The position numbers and the translations under genes were made by a program. The notes beneath the pieces were generated by a model, which saw only the letters and a list, made by a program, of their open reading frames with translations, made no database searches and was not told where the DNA came from. A stretch of DNA of 50,022 bases, filler included, from Stramenopiles sp. TOSAG23-3 (lineage: Eukaryota): the NCBI GenBank assembly GCA_900128585.1. It is 4 parts of 4 records of this genome, joined end to end, with 100 filler letters (N's around TTAATTAATTAA, not from the genome) between each part and the next. Parts side by side here need not be neighbours in the genome. Positions count along the whole stretch, not along the records: positions 1 to 22,888 come from LT642324.1; 3 more parts are not named here. The stretch is one strand, 5' to 3'. Shown in pieces: positions 12,701 to 20,535 of this stretch. Numbering within the stretch: position 1 is the first letter of the stretch; each line of letters opens with the position of its first letter.

Positions 12701-15700
12701 ATGAATTTGTTGCGGCCGGTGATGGCTGGGACGATGGGCTCTTCGTTAGGAACACGGAATACTTGCGCGTTTATGCTGTAGGAAAGATTGACATGATTAA
12801 ATCCCCTGCGGAATTAATGATGAACGGTACGGAGTACCACGGAAGAGAGCCCGGGCCAAGAGGCTCAGAGGGGGGCAGCGGGGGCATCACAGCCCATCCT
12901 CTGCTCGCTGGAGGGGACGCCGCTGCTCTTGCGTTTGTAGAGATGGTGCCAGGACGCACCATGAAGACTCTTCCGGGCAATCCACTTTTCGACAAACGTG
13001 TTGCCAAGGACTCGCCAATCACTGAGCGCCATGCCGTACGATGCTGCTGGAACAAAGACTCAAAGTTGATGATGGAGGCCTATGGATGCCATAAAGATGT
13101 GACGTACACGAAGGCCAAGTCAACCTGCGAAGAGCACGGGTTTCGGTTGTGCAGCATCGAAGAAGTGAAGGCCGGCAAAGTTGCCGAGACCGGGTGCGGC
13201 TACGACGTGGAGACCATCTGGACATCGTCCGGCGGCGAAGATGGGGATGATGATGCCACACCTCAACCTGAAAAGGCGATTAAACTTGCCAAGGATCCAG
13301 TAGGCGATTGCGTTACTGTACCAGCCGGTTTGAACAATCTCTTCAGGGGTGTAGATTTGTCAGGCAAGAAGATGTGCTGCGACCATGGGCACGCGTTGGA
13401 TTCAACCACCAGGAATAGCTGTAAAAGTTTGGAAGGAGAAAAATGCTACTTGTACGGTGGCGATCTTATGACTGCCACTCCCCACCCATGCTCTTCGGTC
13501 CGCCGGGAGACTGGATGGAAACTTGTGTTTAAGCAAACTGTCGAAAAGGATTTCCAAGGAAGGGTTGTTCGAAGAACGGTCAATGCAAACGGGGAAGAAA
13601 CTGTTAATAAGGGTGATTCCTCCAGCTGCGCGCCAGCCATTGGCTGGTTCAAAGACCAAATGCTCAACACTGGGCTGAAAGTAGAACACTACATGGTCGA
13701 GACTGTGTACCAAGGTGCAATTAAATCACAAGCGGTTGGTAAAGTTAAGGACATCACTGGAGACGAAACCTTCTTCGGGGGTATCACCAAAGGTGATCGG
13801 GGTGTATGCCTGAAGAAGATGAAACTTCTCGTTCCATTCGGGGACAAGACGTTCAACGCCCAAATCAGTTATGGGGAGCAGAAAGATGCATCGGACTTTT
13901 GCAACTACGGCTCAGGGAAAACGTCCGTCAATAGTTACATGGTTGCCGACAACGGTGCCAGTGATCAATTCGGGGCAGACTTCAGCTTTTTCGCGCACAG
14001 GAACAGCCCAGGGCAGTTCAGCACATGCCAAATGAACAAAATTTTTAACACGGACAATGACGATAAAGTGAAGCGAAGCATTGCGTTCTACGTGAAAGGC
14101 AAAGTTGAGAAGACGACCAACTCATTGGGAATGTGCCCCGGTGGTGCCCTCGAGTTGAAGAATCAGGACGGAGACGCCAGGTTTTGCAACGCCAAGACGC
14201 CTTGCCCGATTGGATACTCGTGTGACACGAAGACGAACAAACACATGGCGGTTTGCTGTGGCACGGCCGTCGAAATGAACACGACCAAGGATTTAGATGG
14301 TCGCTTGCCAGTGCCAGGGGAGCCAGAGAAAAACATGGCTGTATTCACGTTTCTGCGCGTTAGTGGCCCAGGAACCCTTGTCAATACAGATGATGGTTCT
14401 AAGACGTGCCCGTCTCTGATAGACTGCCAAGTTACTGGCTGGGGCGAATGGGAGCCATGTACCCAGCTGTGCGGTGGGGGAAACAAAACCCGCCGACGCA
14501 AGGTATTGAAACCAAGTCAGTATGGCGGACGTGAATGCCCAGCATTGGCACAAGTTGGAAGTTGCAATGCGCAGTCGTGTGATTGCGGTGTAACCAAATT
14601 TACAGAGTGGAGTGAATGCAGCAAGGACTGTGGTGGTGGTCTTACGGCAAGATCGAGAAAGGTGTTCCGGGAACCACAACAAGACGGAGAAGCATGCCCG
14701 CACTTGAATGAGACGGAGGTGTGCAACAACATGACATGCCCATTTGTTGGCATGCCACCAATTGGAGTGTCCAAGTTTCAATTAAAAAATACCGAGCCAG
14801 AAGGGTTCAAAGGACGGGAGGACAAATTGTGGTGTTACGAAAAGGCCGAACGGTTGGCGCCGTACAAAATGGGTTACGTTACAGGTGACAACATCGCCTT
14901 CTCCGGAAGTGGTGTAGGTCGAACTACGCTTCGTTCCCGCTTCTCGTTCCAGGCGCCATTGCAGATAGACCTCGCCCTTGACTACGAACAGGTGTGCGAC
15001 AACCATTACGTAATTTTGAGCACGGATGAATACTACATGTTCAAGACAGGCAACGAGCCAGACACGATTAAATTTATGTTTGACTGTGGCCACAAGCGTG
15101 TTCAAACCGAAAACATGAACGAAACTGCCGTGTGCATGCCCCATATTGATCGTAAGCAAAAAATTACCATCAACATCGATGAATTCGGAAATGCCACATT
15201 CGCCGACTTGCACTGCCCATCCGTTTCTGTACAAGACATGGCGGGGTCCTTGGGCAAGAACAAAGATTTTTTTGTATACGTTGGAGCAAACCGGGACGAT
15301 CCACCTCAGCAGGCAAGCCAGCAGCTTCGGACTACATTCCACTCTGTTGTGGTTAGTGGAGAAGGATCTGTGATCAACAACTACAACACTACCACCGAGT
15401 GCCCCGGCCAAGGCGACTGCAAAGTAGAACCATGGACGGAATTCAGCAACTGCACTGCCCCGTGTAACAATGGAGAGAACGGCGGCGGAAACCACACTCG
15501 CACACGGAAGGTTATTAAATTCCCAACGAACGGTGGAAAAGCGTGCCCAGCGCTCACTGAGACACGCCGCTGCAACATTCAAAAATGCGGCGAGGACTGC
15601 GTTGTATCCGATTTTAGCCCATGGGGCAACTGCTCGGAGCCTTGCAATGGCGGTGAGCAATGGCGTGTACGCGCGATTGTCAACCAGCGAGTGGAGGGTT

Positions 15701-17364
15701 CGCATTTCGGAAAGAACGAATGCCCGGCATTAAAGGAAAAACGCACATGCAACACAATGCACTGCGGAAAGGACTGCGTTGTCGACCGATGGTCTGGGTG
15801 GAGTAAGTGCTCTGCCCCTTGCGGCGGTGGCGTCAGGGCGCGTAGGCGAGTGATTCTGTCCGCGCCCGTCAAGGGCGTGAATGCGGGCAAAGCCTGCCCA
15901 GCCCTCGAAGAGACGAAACCATGCAACACGCACTCGTGCATGTTGGAAGGGGTACCACAGCCAATTACGTACGACAACGAGTGCTCTCGGTTGTCTGGGT
16001 CTTGCGGTGGGTGCACTGCCAACCCGAAGTGTGGGTACTGCCCTGGCACAGGCCAATGCATGCTCGGTTCTGTGCGAGGGCCAACCCCGCGGTGGGACAG
16101 GGACGAAGACACGCCAACGTTCATGCACGACGAACAGAAGGCATTTATGTACGCCACCAACTGCTCGTCGTGGGAATTCTCATACTGCTCGGCGAACAGT
16201 TGCCAAGACTACAAAGGGTGCGGCGATTGCTTGAAAGACCAATTCTGTGGGTGGTGTCCATCAACCAACAAGTGCTTGGAAGGTGACTCCGCTGGCAGCA
16301 CAGAGGTCGGAGAGTACTGCCCACGCGGCTGGTTGCACTCACCACTGCATTCTGGCTACGGCGAGGAACAGCGATACGATAGCCTTCTGTCGCCCTCCCA
16401 AAAGAAGGTGCAGCAAGGACACTTGACCGAATATTGCGCAGCAAACAATTTGGAAACGAGAGCGTCTATTGCAGAAAAAATGCTGGACGAGACGAAACGC
16501 CAAGAGCAACTTCGCCTGGCCCGCGAAACCTGTTTGCCGTGCACTGGTACGTGGCCAAATTGCCACTGTGGGCAAGACCAGGTGATGAGCCAACCGAAGC
16601 CAGTTGACAAGCTTCAGGTAACTCGCGAACAGGACCAAGCAGATGGTGTGGACCAAACGTTGCCAAGAAACGATACTGTCGAGACCTTGATCGACCATGG
16701 GAAGCCATCCTTCGGGGTAGGCGCCGTGTGCAAAACGAGCAGCGAGTGTTCCTCCAAGATGTGTGGTGGCGGTCATTGCTGCAGCGTCGACGCAAATGGG
16801 TGCACAGGCAATGGCATATGCAACGAACTAGGAAACTGCGTTTGCAAGGAAGGCTGGTTCGGCCCTCAGTGCAACCGCGATTCGAACATCACGGTGGGCA
16901 AGGAATTCGACGGCAACTCGACAGCAGAGCTTGAAAAGGAGGGGTTATCAAAGAACATGGTCGACGAAATGAAAAACGCGCTGGCGGCAGGCAACGCAAG
17001 CATGCTTTTGAAAGTAATGCACGAAAAGAACGAAATTGATCGTCAAAACCAGGCGTCTAGCCAAGAGTACCTTGGTGCGGTAAAGAATTTCTCGTCCAAA
17101 GTAGATAGCCTGAAAGTTACACCCAACGCTGAGAAGCAAGTTTCCGTAGAAGCAGCCAATGCCGATCTTAACAGAGAGGACAAACTGCTCAAACAGAAGC
17201 GAATTGAGCAAGAAGTAACTTCCAAACGAATCGAACGCACATCAGACCCTGTCGCCAGAAGCCAATTACAGAACCAGTTGGACATTCAAAAGAATGTTGC
17301 TGAAAACATGGAAGCTGGCCTCGCTGCAAAGCTATCCGTCACAGCGGCGACGGGCGGCAAATAA
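3790..17364 (+). CDS. Giant secreted mosaic extracellular protein (reelin-like subrepeats, repeated beta-domain, coiled coil, TSP1-spondin, PSI, EGF), 4524 aa
   Basis: Uninterrupted ORF with signal peptide (MVKRVVLVALCALVCLVSFGEA). Reelin-type DxF...W...CG...F...R...T...F.L.FG...YS.DGG..W...WAID units at about 4057-4524, 5743-6231, 8701-9680 and 9733-10250. Seven DCxVSxWxxWxxC...CP.L...C TSP1 repeats (11272-11622, 14422-14739, 15415-15939). Two PSI-like CxxC...CG(Y/W)C units (about 15980-16335). EGF CTGNGICNELGNCVCKEGWFGPQC (16801-16872). No C-terminal TM segment visible. Confidence 0.9.
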   Translation: MVKRVVLVALCALVCLVSFGEAVREKAAVKSFLRNRLRTRATLEPRICCQAMTASCRACSAGQTVDEYCEEHRETPGCEQAGGKSSVYARDNFKDGQNRELWKTVRAGGVDTEGCGTGKPAMRFKALDTDNFSPPSITTKPIDLFGGGELEFSLKFCSGDTEGGEFAESNGVVVEYSLDGKKWEKFQVFLKSAVGESLSKGFQKTTLKMNKKHHLRAVSSHTSFKFTQVKAERGNWAITDVVIRQYPVATTAEDDFKTKKPGVWSYPPVKKGKDAYKYILSPRGVEFTGSANAQHTIGLQRAFTHALTVSASVVKNDKCSSHFMALSRRTNFAFSWGKSPGEIKVGFNCNQRFVYSPWGNKVVKCPSSPGQRIEYKLKLVVDQFNIIFSDEENKCETITIDNSPFVGGHGKPHFLFIGADQDKPNMVSLFKNIKVEQSEWDAKGRDLPSVLISDNFEKKNSDNWQITGLSQKLYRFGPDGLTAAQYGDIKGSNAPMRSTEAYNLPIAVQTTVKSFSKSANYYIAVSPNAEFQWNGYPDKESLKFEWSCESKTFIGMGEVKEAKASKGECDATKCTDDALHKIEVKIFPDLISFKDNCCNMISMPNKWGMEAPVHVFVGATRRDKAAAAAKFVKLTVKGQERPPAIEDESILMDDNFDFNDEKNPSMWTLSGDWKTTGVVSKKCGASEGSAMVFSNTGTRVATLKPLTFPFGAKLNFDLKFGGGAISCARMDPEKGDKVELRASTDGGKTWEHIEEWKASVFKENLGEWNKMEFNFVKSLFPNLARSTNVLLQFIQPGYHRPCCGHWAIDTVRVTSLEVKGEPIFTETFESKNTALFTYPDKSANKHAYTYGFEDGMYFTGDANGKTTVRTTKPLQAGTVIKASFDKNEACSNQFIAISKRPELKFFWGTPKDAIYFMWNCKQKYVYAPDNRTSVECPQLRKFNVIIRATEEGVVFEDDKCESIIMNTNSEIGQGAYYLHVGAAQDRSDNKARFTSLRVERLPDKEKSFMDTAEADNFEKQDKKKWSYPNLNDMKKIETEAKAAKQKATKALEETGLRMEDISEQITTGLDAVAKAQRQRREVLVKLEATDKEFSSKQKELESIAGEIAKFNDKMKKTKLSLAGKKAKYQIDKEEVASKRAEGASPTQIKGAEEAMKASEEDMLYEQNTLKKWVKLVKDLTLKADKIKGSINSPIRPILVESAKIEKLEKEVLEGIAKLGGLKDKRKTLSAQAEKAEKEVERVQKAIADGISKEEDIFPAMAAARKVSAEVKEATTWVVKAVANLTDIETSLNATQRKVSDMAMDTLTKLKGLEKRAEHRMKDANHFLKMKTRYKDASDYELKNARILLIKAKKGTTEEAADAAAKVSKLETELGKRVQAQRAAQESALKATETFQGAQNKSLAFEAFHSMHINASKSQEELSASVRQERLVTQQSKEAQTALETATASLHHAMAMKSQMTSGGLGFAVAYGSLTIDPGMATTIRMKEMVEQPATIKVTVKRKDECDNQVVVLSPSPVFTWPLKRSSKAIAFRFACNEKISEGKGTVKMISGANTYLPLAKNKCNPKDQVDMIIKSSGGYVTFKDNAGCDPLTTSLPFGTDKFFVFIGAIKPKKTSTIVNFELKKPELPPKLARNVILYDDFDFHDNIWKPQWNLDKTDGEDNTNGVVDKFCGSAMKPDGNSLRFAKEGRRIATTKVMDLTAGGLLTYSLRFGFGNNTHNAMCAPMANLDDCIVLEYCTRDCEKAQIAPAKTPVATLLDLGAVPVAKIAQKGERTVKTFASYPNRANLVRFPEEDTSVNARLPVVCCKGDTKFDSSNYGGCHMSKSYDEATKICHKAGADLCTLDEIRQYRAKGTGIGCPEFDRKRIWSRSGEKIVQAKNPSTEDEFDVPHNKPKAYAGGWEELKRYSVKEYQHTLSREWSKQQMLLDWDNKFMMTSNTALRFRQCNVDNDAAENHWALDDIKIVSRNKPVRPGNQPKNILVNDKFDGDDSDRFNMQQWWWDMWRTTGRTDSSLVGGYKDVGQSLTFGGNISLRTDNSAWQIAQTPPIDTVSDGGVTFAFYMKFGRKDMNVSEHMRGVEFQYSTTGPDGEFKILKSWTDVKKFSDWSRQLIQIDNCSTPAAMTNGTIFRFIMARNEEVAANPRRDIWAIDNFQALTGDRRIGWETHGLKARDDMLFCYQEPRQITPYKYEYVEDEAGGLEFSGNGVGKGSVRAHSSFQSPLSVAATLVKDDECSNHYVVLTPEKYYTFSWDREPNTFKFVWRCDRKVLITPYSTTSTSCADFRTYKTRMKVSHEGAEFRDDGGCGTLRADIGMPLDMDFYVYFGAVQKGDESQMTDRVLMDNDQPAINETWLNTSSMDYNETELADEMQTNETNSPHLDIAFLEQKQSVPTLTTCAKALERTCGNVLGQMCLECYVKNSKRIIVDADGLVCNLRQAKSICATNAHLDKDIVVENERLPELSKKSGKPARFVSMRIGGTGSFINKVDASHACPSLRDCGLSSWGRWGKCDKVCGDGTSRAFRKVIRPPKFGGNKCPEDSKLVRTRSCNVRSCDCHVSEWTDFSCCTQPCADPKYDPPIAGKQFRTRRVILPPLKDGMACPTLNHTRECNQERCAAVGIPPLGQTKKFLNNTKFEPFVAANYEEFCLQEPGKLGSYKYDYVAKTDPSGEKFGVFFSGDSRGQSSLRGKKSFRVDDLVLETKIDKNSRCANHWIALSADEFFTWNYEQEPKAIKAGWYCDYKFLITPTGNFTTKCNRIRKYNVSLTIKDNIITFADDQCAPLKGRLDLKRDYHNVYTYLGADHIAGKESITLAKPLTVDQVNALEEQRGTMGPKGGSDDGLQNQAMSKQELEDLENNVTAGHLNVTTNSSTDPTPPELDTAHPRKNMPLDRLMTRNIRTQEIESHKTATAKQFRETRPSEIVQGASAWLIANPVKGELTSDYLKYRGSEIQLYRFNGIANKWEKTSNPLPLNCRDEFVAAGDGWDDGLFVRNTEYLRVYAVGKIDMIKSPAELMMNGTEYHGREPGPRGSEGGSGGITAHPLLAGGDAAALAFVEMVPGRTMKTLPGNPLFDKRVAKDSPITERHAVRCCWNKDSKLMMEAYGCHKDVTYTKAKSTCEEHGFRLCSIEEVKAGKVAETGCGYDVETIWTSSGGEDGDDDATPQPEKAIKLAKDPVGDCVTVPAGLNNLFRGVDLSGKKMCCDHGHALDSTTRNSCKSLEGEKCYLYGGDLMTATPHPCSSVRRETGWKLVFKQTVEKDFQGRVVRRTVNANGEETVNKGDSSSCAPAIGWFKDQMLNTGLKVEHYMVETVYQGAIKSQAVGKVKDITGDETFFGGITKGDRGVCLKKMKLLVPFGDKTFNAQISYGEQKDASDFCNYGSGKTSVNSYMVADNGASDQFGADFSFFAHRNSPGQFSTCQMNKIFNTDNDDKVKRSIAFYVKGKVEKTTNSLGMCPGGALELKNQDGDARFCNAKTPCPIGYSCDTKTNKHMAVCCGTAVEMNTTKDLDGRLPVPGEPEKNMAVFTFLRVSGPGTLVNTDDGSKTCPSLIDCQVTGWGEWEPCTQLCGGGNKTRRRKVLKPSQYGGRECPALAQVGSCNAQSCDCGVTKFTEWSECSKDCGGGLTARSRKVFREPQQDGEACPHLNETEVCNNMTCPFVGMPPIGVSKFQLKNTEPEGFKGREDKLWCYEKAERLAPYKMGYVTGDNIAFSGSGVGRTTLRSRFSFQAPLQIDLALDYEQVCDNHYVILSTDEYYMFKTGNEPDTIKFMFDCGHKRVQTENMNETAVCMPHIDRKQKITINIDEFGNATFADLHCPSVSVQDMAGSLGKNKDFFVYVGANRDDPPQQASQQLRTTFHSVVVSGEGSVINNYNTTTECPGQGDCKVEPWTEFSNCTAPCNNGENGGGNHTRTRKVIKFPTNGGKACPALTETRRCNIQKCGEDCVVSDFSPWGNCSEPCNGGEQWRVRAIVNQRVEGSHFGKNECPALKEKRTCNTMHCGKDCVVDRWSGWSKCSAPCGGGVRARRRVILSAPVKGVNAGKACPALEETKPCNTHSCMLEGVPQPITYDNECSRLSGSCGGCTANPKCGYCPGTGQCMLGSVRGPTPRWDRDEDTPTFMHDEQKAFMYATNCSSWEFSYCSANSCQDYKGCGDCLKDQFCGWCPSTNKCLEGDSAGSTEVGEYCPRGWLHSPLHSGYGEEQRYDSLLSPSQKKVQQGHLTEYCAANNLETRASIAEKMLDETKRQEQLRLARETCLPCTGTWPNCHCGQDQVMSQPKPVDKLQVTREQDQADGVDQTLPRNDTVETLIDHGKPSFGVGAVCKTSSECSSKMCGGGHCCSVDANGCTGNGICNELGNCVCKEGWFGPQCNRDSNITVGKEFDGNSTAELEKEGLSKNMVDEMKNALAAGNASMLLKVMHEKNEIDRQNQASSQEYLGAVKNFSSKVDSLKVTPNAEKQVSVEAANADLNREDKLLKQKRIEQEVTSKRIERTSDPVARSQLQNQLDIQKNVAENMEAGLAAKLSVTAATGGK

Positions 17365-18719
17365 TTAGGAACCTTAATAGGAAATTATCATCGGGCTAAG
17401 TAGAACATGAAACCTTTGGCTTTACTTGCGGGGCGGGAAAATCTCGTGTCTCGTCCAGCGCTACAGAAATGTGTCAAGCCGTGGTTGTTTTTTTACTACT
17501 TACGATGAAATTTCACCAAACATATAATATCATATAAAAAAATATCTCAACTACTGTTTTATTATTTAAAATTTAAAAATGTGCTACATAGGCAAAATTA
17601 GGGAAGTATTAATACGCATTCAAGTATTTTAAGTACACCATTGTGGTTGTACATACAACCAGCAGGAATGAAGAAGAGGAGAGAGAAGGGAAAAGGAAAG
17701 CATTTTTTGAAATTGTTTTAGGTAGAATATGTATTTTATTTCTATTTGACCTTCAGCGTCTTCTTCTTCCACGCCATATTATTTTTATATTTTACTATTA
17801 ATTATTAATGATGATGTCCTGTAATAACTATAATAATAATAAAAATAATACTATTATTTTATTAGTTCTTTCTTTCTTCTATTTTATTATTTTGTTTCTA
17901 TAATAAATAATAAATACAAAAATATAACTGTGTTGTTGTTGTGGGGTGTTGTTGTATATTATAATATAGATAACAAAAAAAAAACAACAAAAAAAAAAAT
18001 CATTATTATTATTTAAAATAATAATCAGAACAAACAGACGAATAATGGACAAACGGACGAATGATCTATCTACGGGAGTAATCTGTTAATCATGATTAAT
18101 GTATTAATCGAAACTACTTAAAGAATCCAATAGACAGATCAAAACAAGAATATCATAAAATAAAACGTATCAATTCAAACAGGCCCTTGCTCCTAGTAAA
18201 TGGAAAGAGGACCAAAAAACAAAATCAAGTTAAAGGCGTAAGTACACCCCCGTTCCATCTTTCCGAACCCATTGCAAAGAATTTCGATGAAGACAAACCC
18301 TGTGGTAACCGACCATAATGAGAAGATAACACGCGTCATAAGGACCTCTCGAGAAATTCAACTGCTTCGCCACAACCTGGTGCTCTCTAAAATGCCCTGT
18401 CGCGCCTTTCGCCTTCTGATCCACTAACACTCGATTAACTTCATTCCTTATTAGTGTATAACAATCTCGGTGACGACGAGTAGCGCAACTAATTATTATA
18501 TAGTATGCACGTACATATTGCACGTACTTTCTTACATTGCAAATAACTGTATATCTACATACGAGCAGACCCCAGCAAACTAACCGTCACACGTCCGAAC
18601 TTGACTTGCTCTATTCGTCATACCCCCACGCGCTGCGGCAGCTTCAATTCGTCGCTGCCTCTCCAAATACCTTCGTCGCCCTTCTGCCAAAATGTTTTTC
18701 TTTCTGTTTTGGAAAGCTT

Positions 18720-18839
18720 NNNNNNNNNNNNNNNNNNNNNNNNNNNNNNNNNNNNNNNNNNNNNNNNNNNNNNNNNNNNNNNNNNNNNNNNNNNNNNNNN
18801 NNNNNNNNNNNNNNNNNNNNNNNNNNNNNNNNNNNNNNN
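18720..18839. other. Assembly gap (120 N, no linker)
   Basis: Run of N without the TTAATTAATTAA insert, so probably an intra-scaffold gap. Confidence 0.9.
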
Positions 18840-19250
18840 ACGAGAAACGAATTCCTGTTCATCAACAACATGTTCCCTCCAATCTGGAGGAGGGGAAAAC
18901 TGTGGCCACCAATTGTTGAAACCGGATAGTTTTAACGCCGGAACTGGAACTCAACGAGTAGAATTGACTCAGTAAGCAATTGATAGTTTCGTTAATCTTC
19001 ACCGAAGTTATTTGGAAGTAAAGTTAAAAGTGGTGCTAACTTATGATATCATACATAACATAATGATGGCAGAGGAAATGTTGAATAATACTGGAGATAT
19101 AATAATTGGCTTAACGTAAACTCCCCCGAGGCTACAATCATACTTCAGATCTAAAGCAGACCGTCAGACCGTCAGCGAACAGGCATCCCTTAGTATTCCA
19201 CCCACTATCACATCAAATTATCCCGGGACCGTGCAGTGCGTTCCATTCCT

Positions 19251-19757
19251 TTACTGATCTTGCAAAATGGTGCAGCCTACGATAAGTTCGGTTGCCTCTT
19301 TGGCTTTGGCGTTTTCTGGGGCAGATTGAACTTTTACAACAATTTCTTTGTCGGCTTCGAAAGCGTCTTTGATCTTTTGGCCCAATTCTGGGTCAAGAAG
19401 GAACTCGTTGGTTGGAAGCTGAAGGTCTTCCTTTTGTTCTCCGTTGTCGTCCATCAAAGTAACGAAATCTTCGTCGTCAATATCAACAACAGTCCAGTCA
19501 GTGGTTTTTACAACTGGCTGGTACATGGTGTGGGAGGTTGGGGAAATATCCATAACCTTTTTGCCAGTAATAATGTCAATACCAGTCATGTTAGCTTTGG
19601 CGTGGCCGTGCTTTCCTGTTTTGGACGTAGTAACTTCGATAACCTTGCATGGCTTGTCCTTCAAGATGGCAAACATTCCTTTCTTAACTTCACCAGCACG
19701 GATTGGTGTTACCAAGGCGGCGCCCGAACCACCGTCGTCGAATTCTTCGTCAGACAT
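19251..19757 (-). CDS. EIF5A: Eukaryotic translation factor 5A (hypusinated)
   Basis: Invariant hypusine motif TSKTGKHGHAK, PCKVIE, and a typical length of 168 aa. Confidence 0.97.
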   Translation of the reverse strand: MSDEEFDDGGSGAALVTPIRAGEVKKGMFAILKDKPCKVIEVTTSKTGKHGHAKANMTGIDIITGKKVMDISPTSHTMYQPVVKTTDWTVVDIDDEDFVTLMDDNGEQKEDLQLPTNEFLLDPELGQKIKDAFEADKEIVVKVQSAPENAKAKEATELIVGCTILQDQ

Positions 19758-20535
19758 ATTTGTTTGTTATTTCTTTCGTTTGTTTAATTTCTTTTCTTAA
19801 AAACTCAAATGAATATTTTCTACCAACTTTTACCAATTTGTTACATACATTTCATTTTTGGAAAGGTTGACTAGTATAAGGCAAATCCGTCTTGGTCGCT
19901 TTCGTTCTGAAGCAGTGATTTGTTATGGTGGTATGAAGTGGTACAAAAATACTTGTGTGGTGGTGGTGGTGTGTGATGCGTTTGGGATGCTGTGTTAATA
20001 TAAATTCCATCATCATATTCTCCCTCCTCCTCTCCTGTCCTCTCTTTCTTCCTTCTCTCTCTCTTATTATCTTTCTCTTTCATGTCAACGTAATATATAA
20101 ATAGCATAGGAGGAACATAATAAAAGATTCATGGTTGTTCATTTGTTCCTAATAAATTTTATATTTTTTTATGGATAAACCAACAAAACGCAAATCAATG
20201 CTATTTCCTCTTTTTCCTTTAAAGTTCTTCAGATGTGTTAAGTGACGCTCCTCCCCCCACCATTCACTTCATTTTTATAATACCAAAGGTAATTCTATGT
20301 ATATCGATATTATTGGAATAATCGAATAATATTAAAAATAATATATTATTATAGAAGAAAGAAGAAGAAAAACTATTTAATTAAAACCAATAGATTGTTG
20401 AGTTTATAATAAACAATACAATTTATTATAACACAAATACTAACAAAAATTCATCAAAAAAAAAAGTGAATCCGAACTGTAACGAACTAAGCCATGCTAT
20501 TTAGTATATTACCATAATAAAATATTTATAGTTCC

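Noticed and set aside
3880-17285. Numerous antisense and alternative-frame ORFs inside the giant gene and other CDSs
   Set aside because: Shadow ORFs of real coding sequence with no recognisable motifs.
3790-17364. Calling the giant protein a reelin orthologue (RELN)
   Set aside because: No reeler domain and no A-EGF-B repeat organisation. Only isolated subrepeats occur in a different mosaic.
17405-17485. GC-rich 3' UTR hairpin as a SECIS element
   Set aside because: No in-frame TGA in the upstream ORF, and AUGA/AA/GA spacing does not fit.
18230-18523. 97-aa minus-strand ORF and other short spacer ORFs (e.g. 3050-3367)
   Set aside because: Non-ATG starts and no recognisable motifs, so they cannot be supported.
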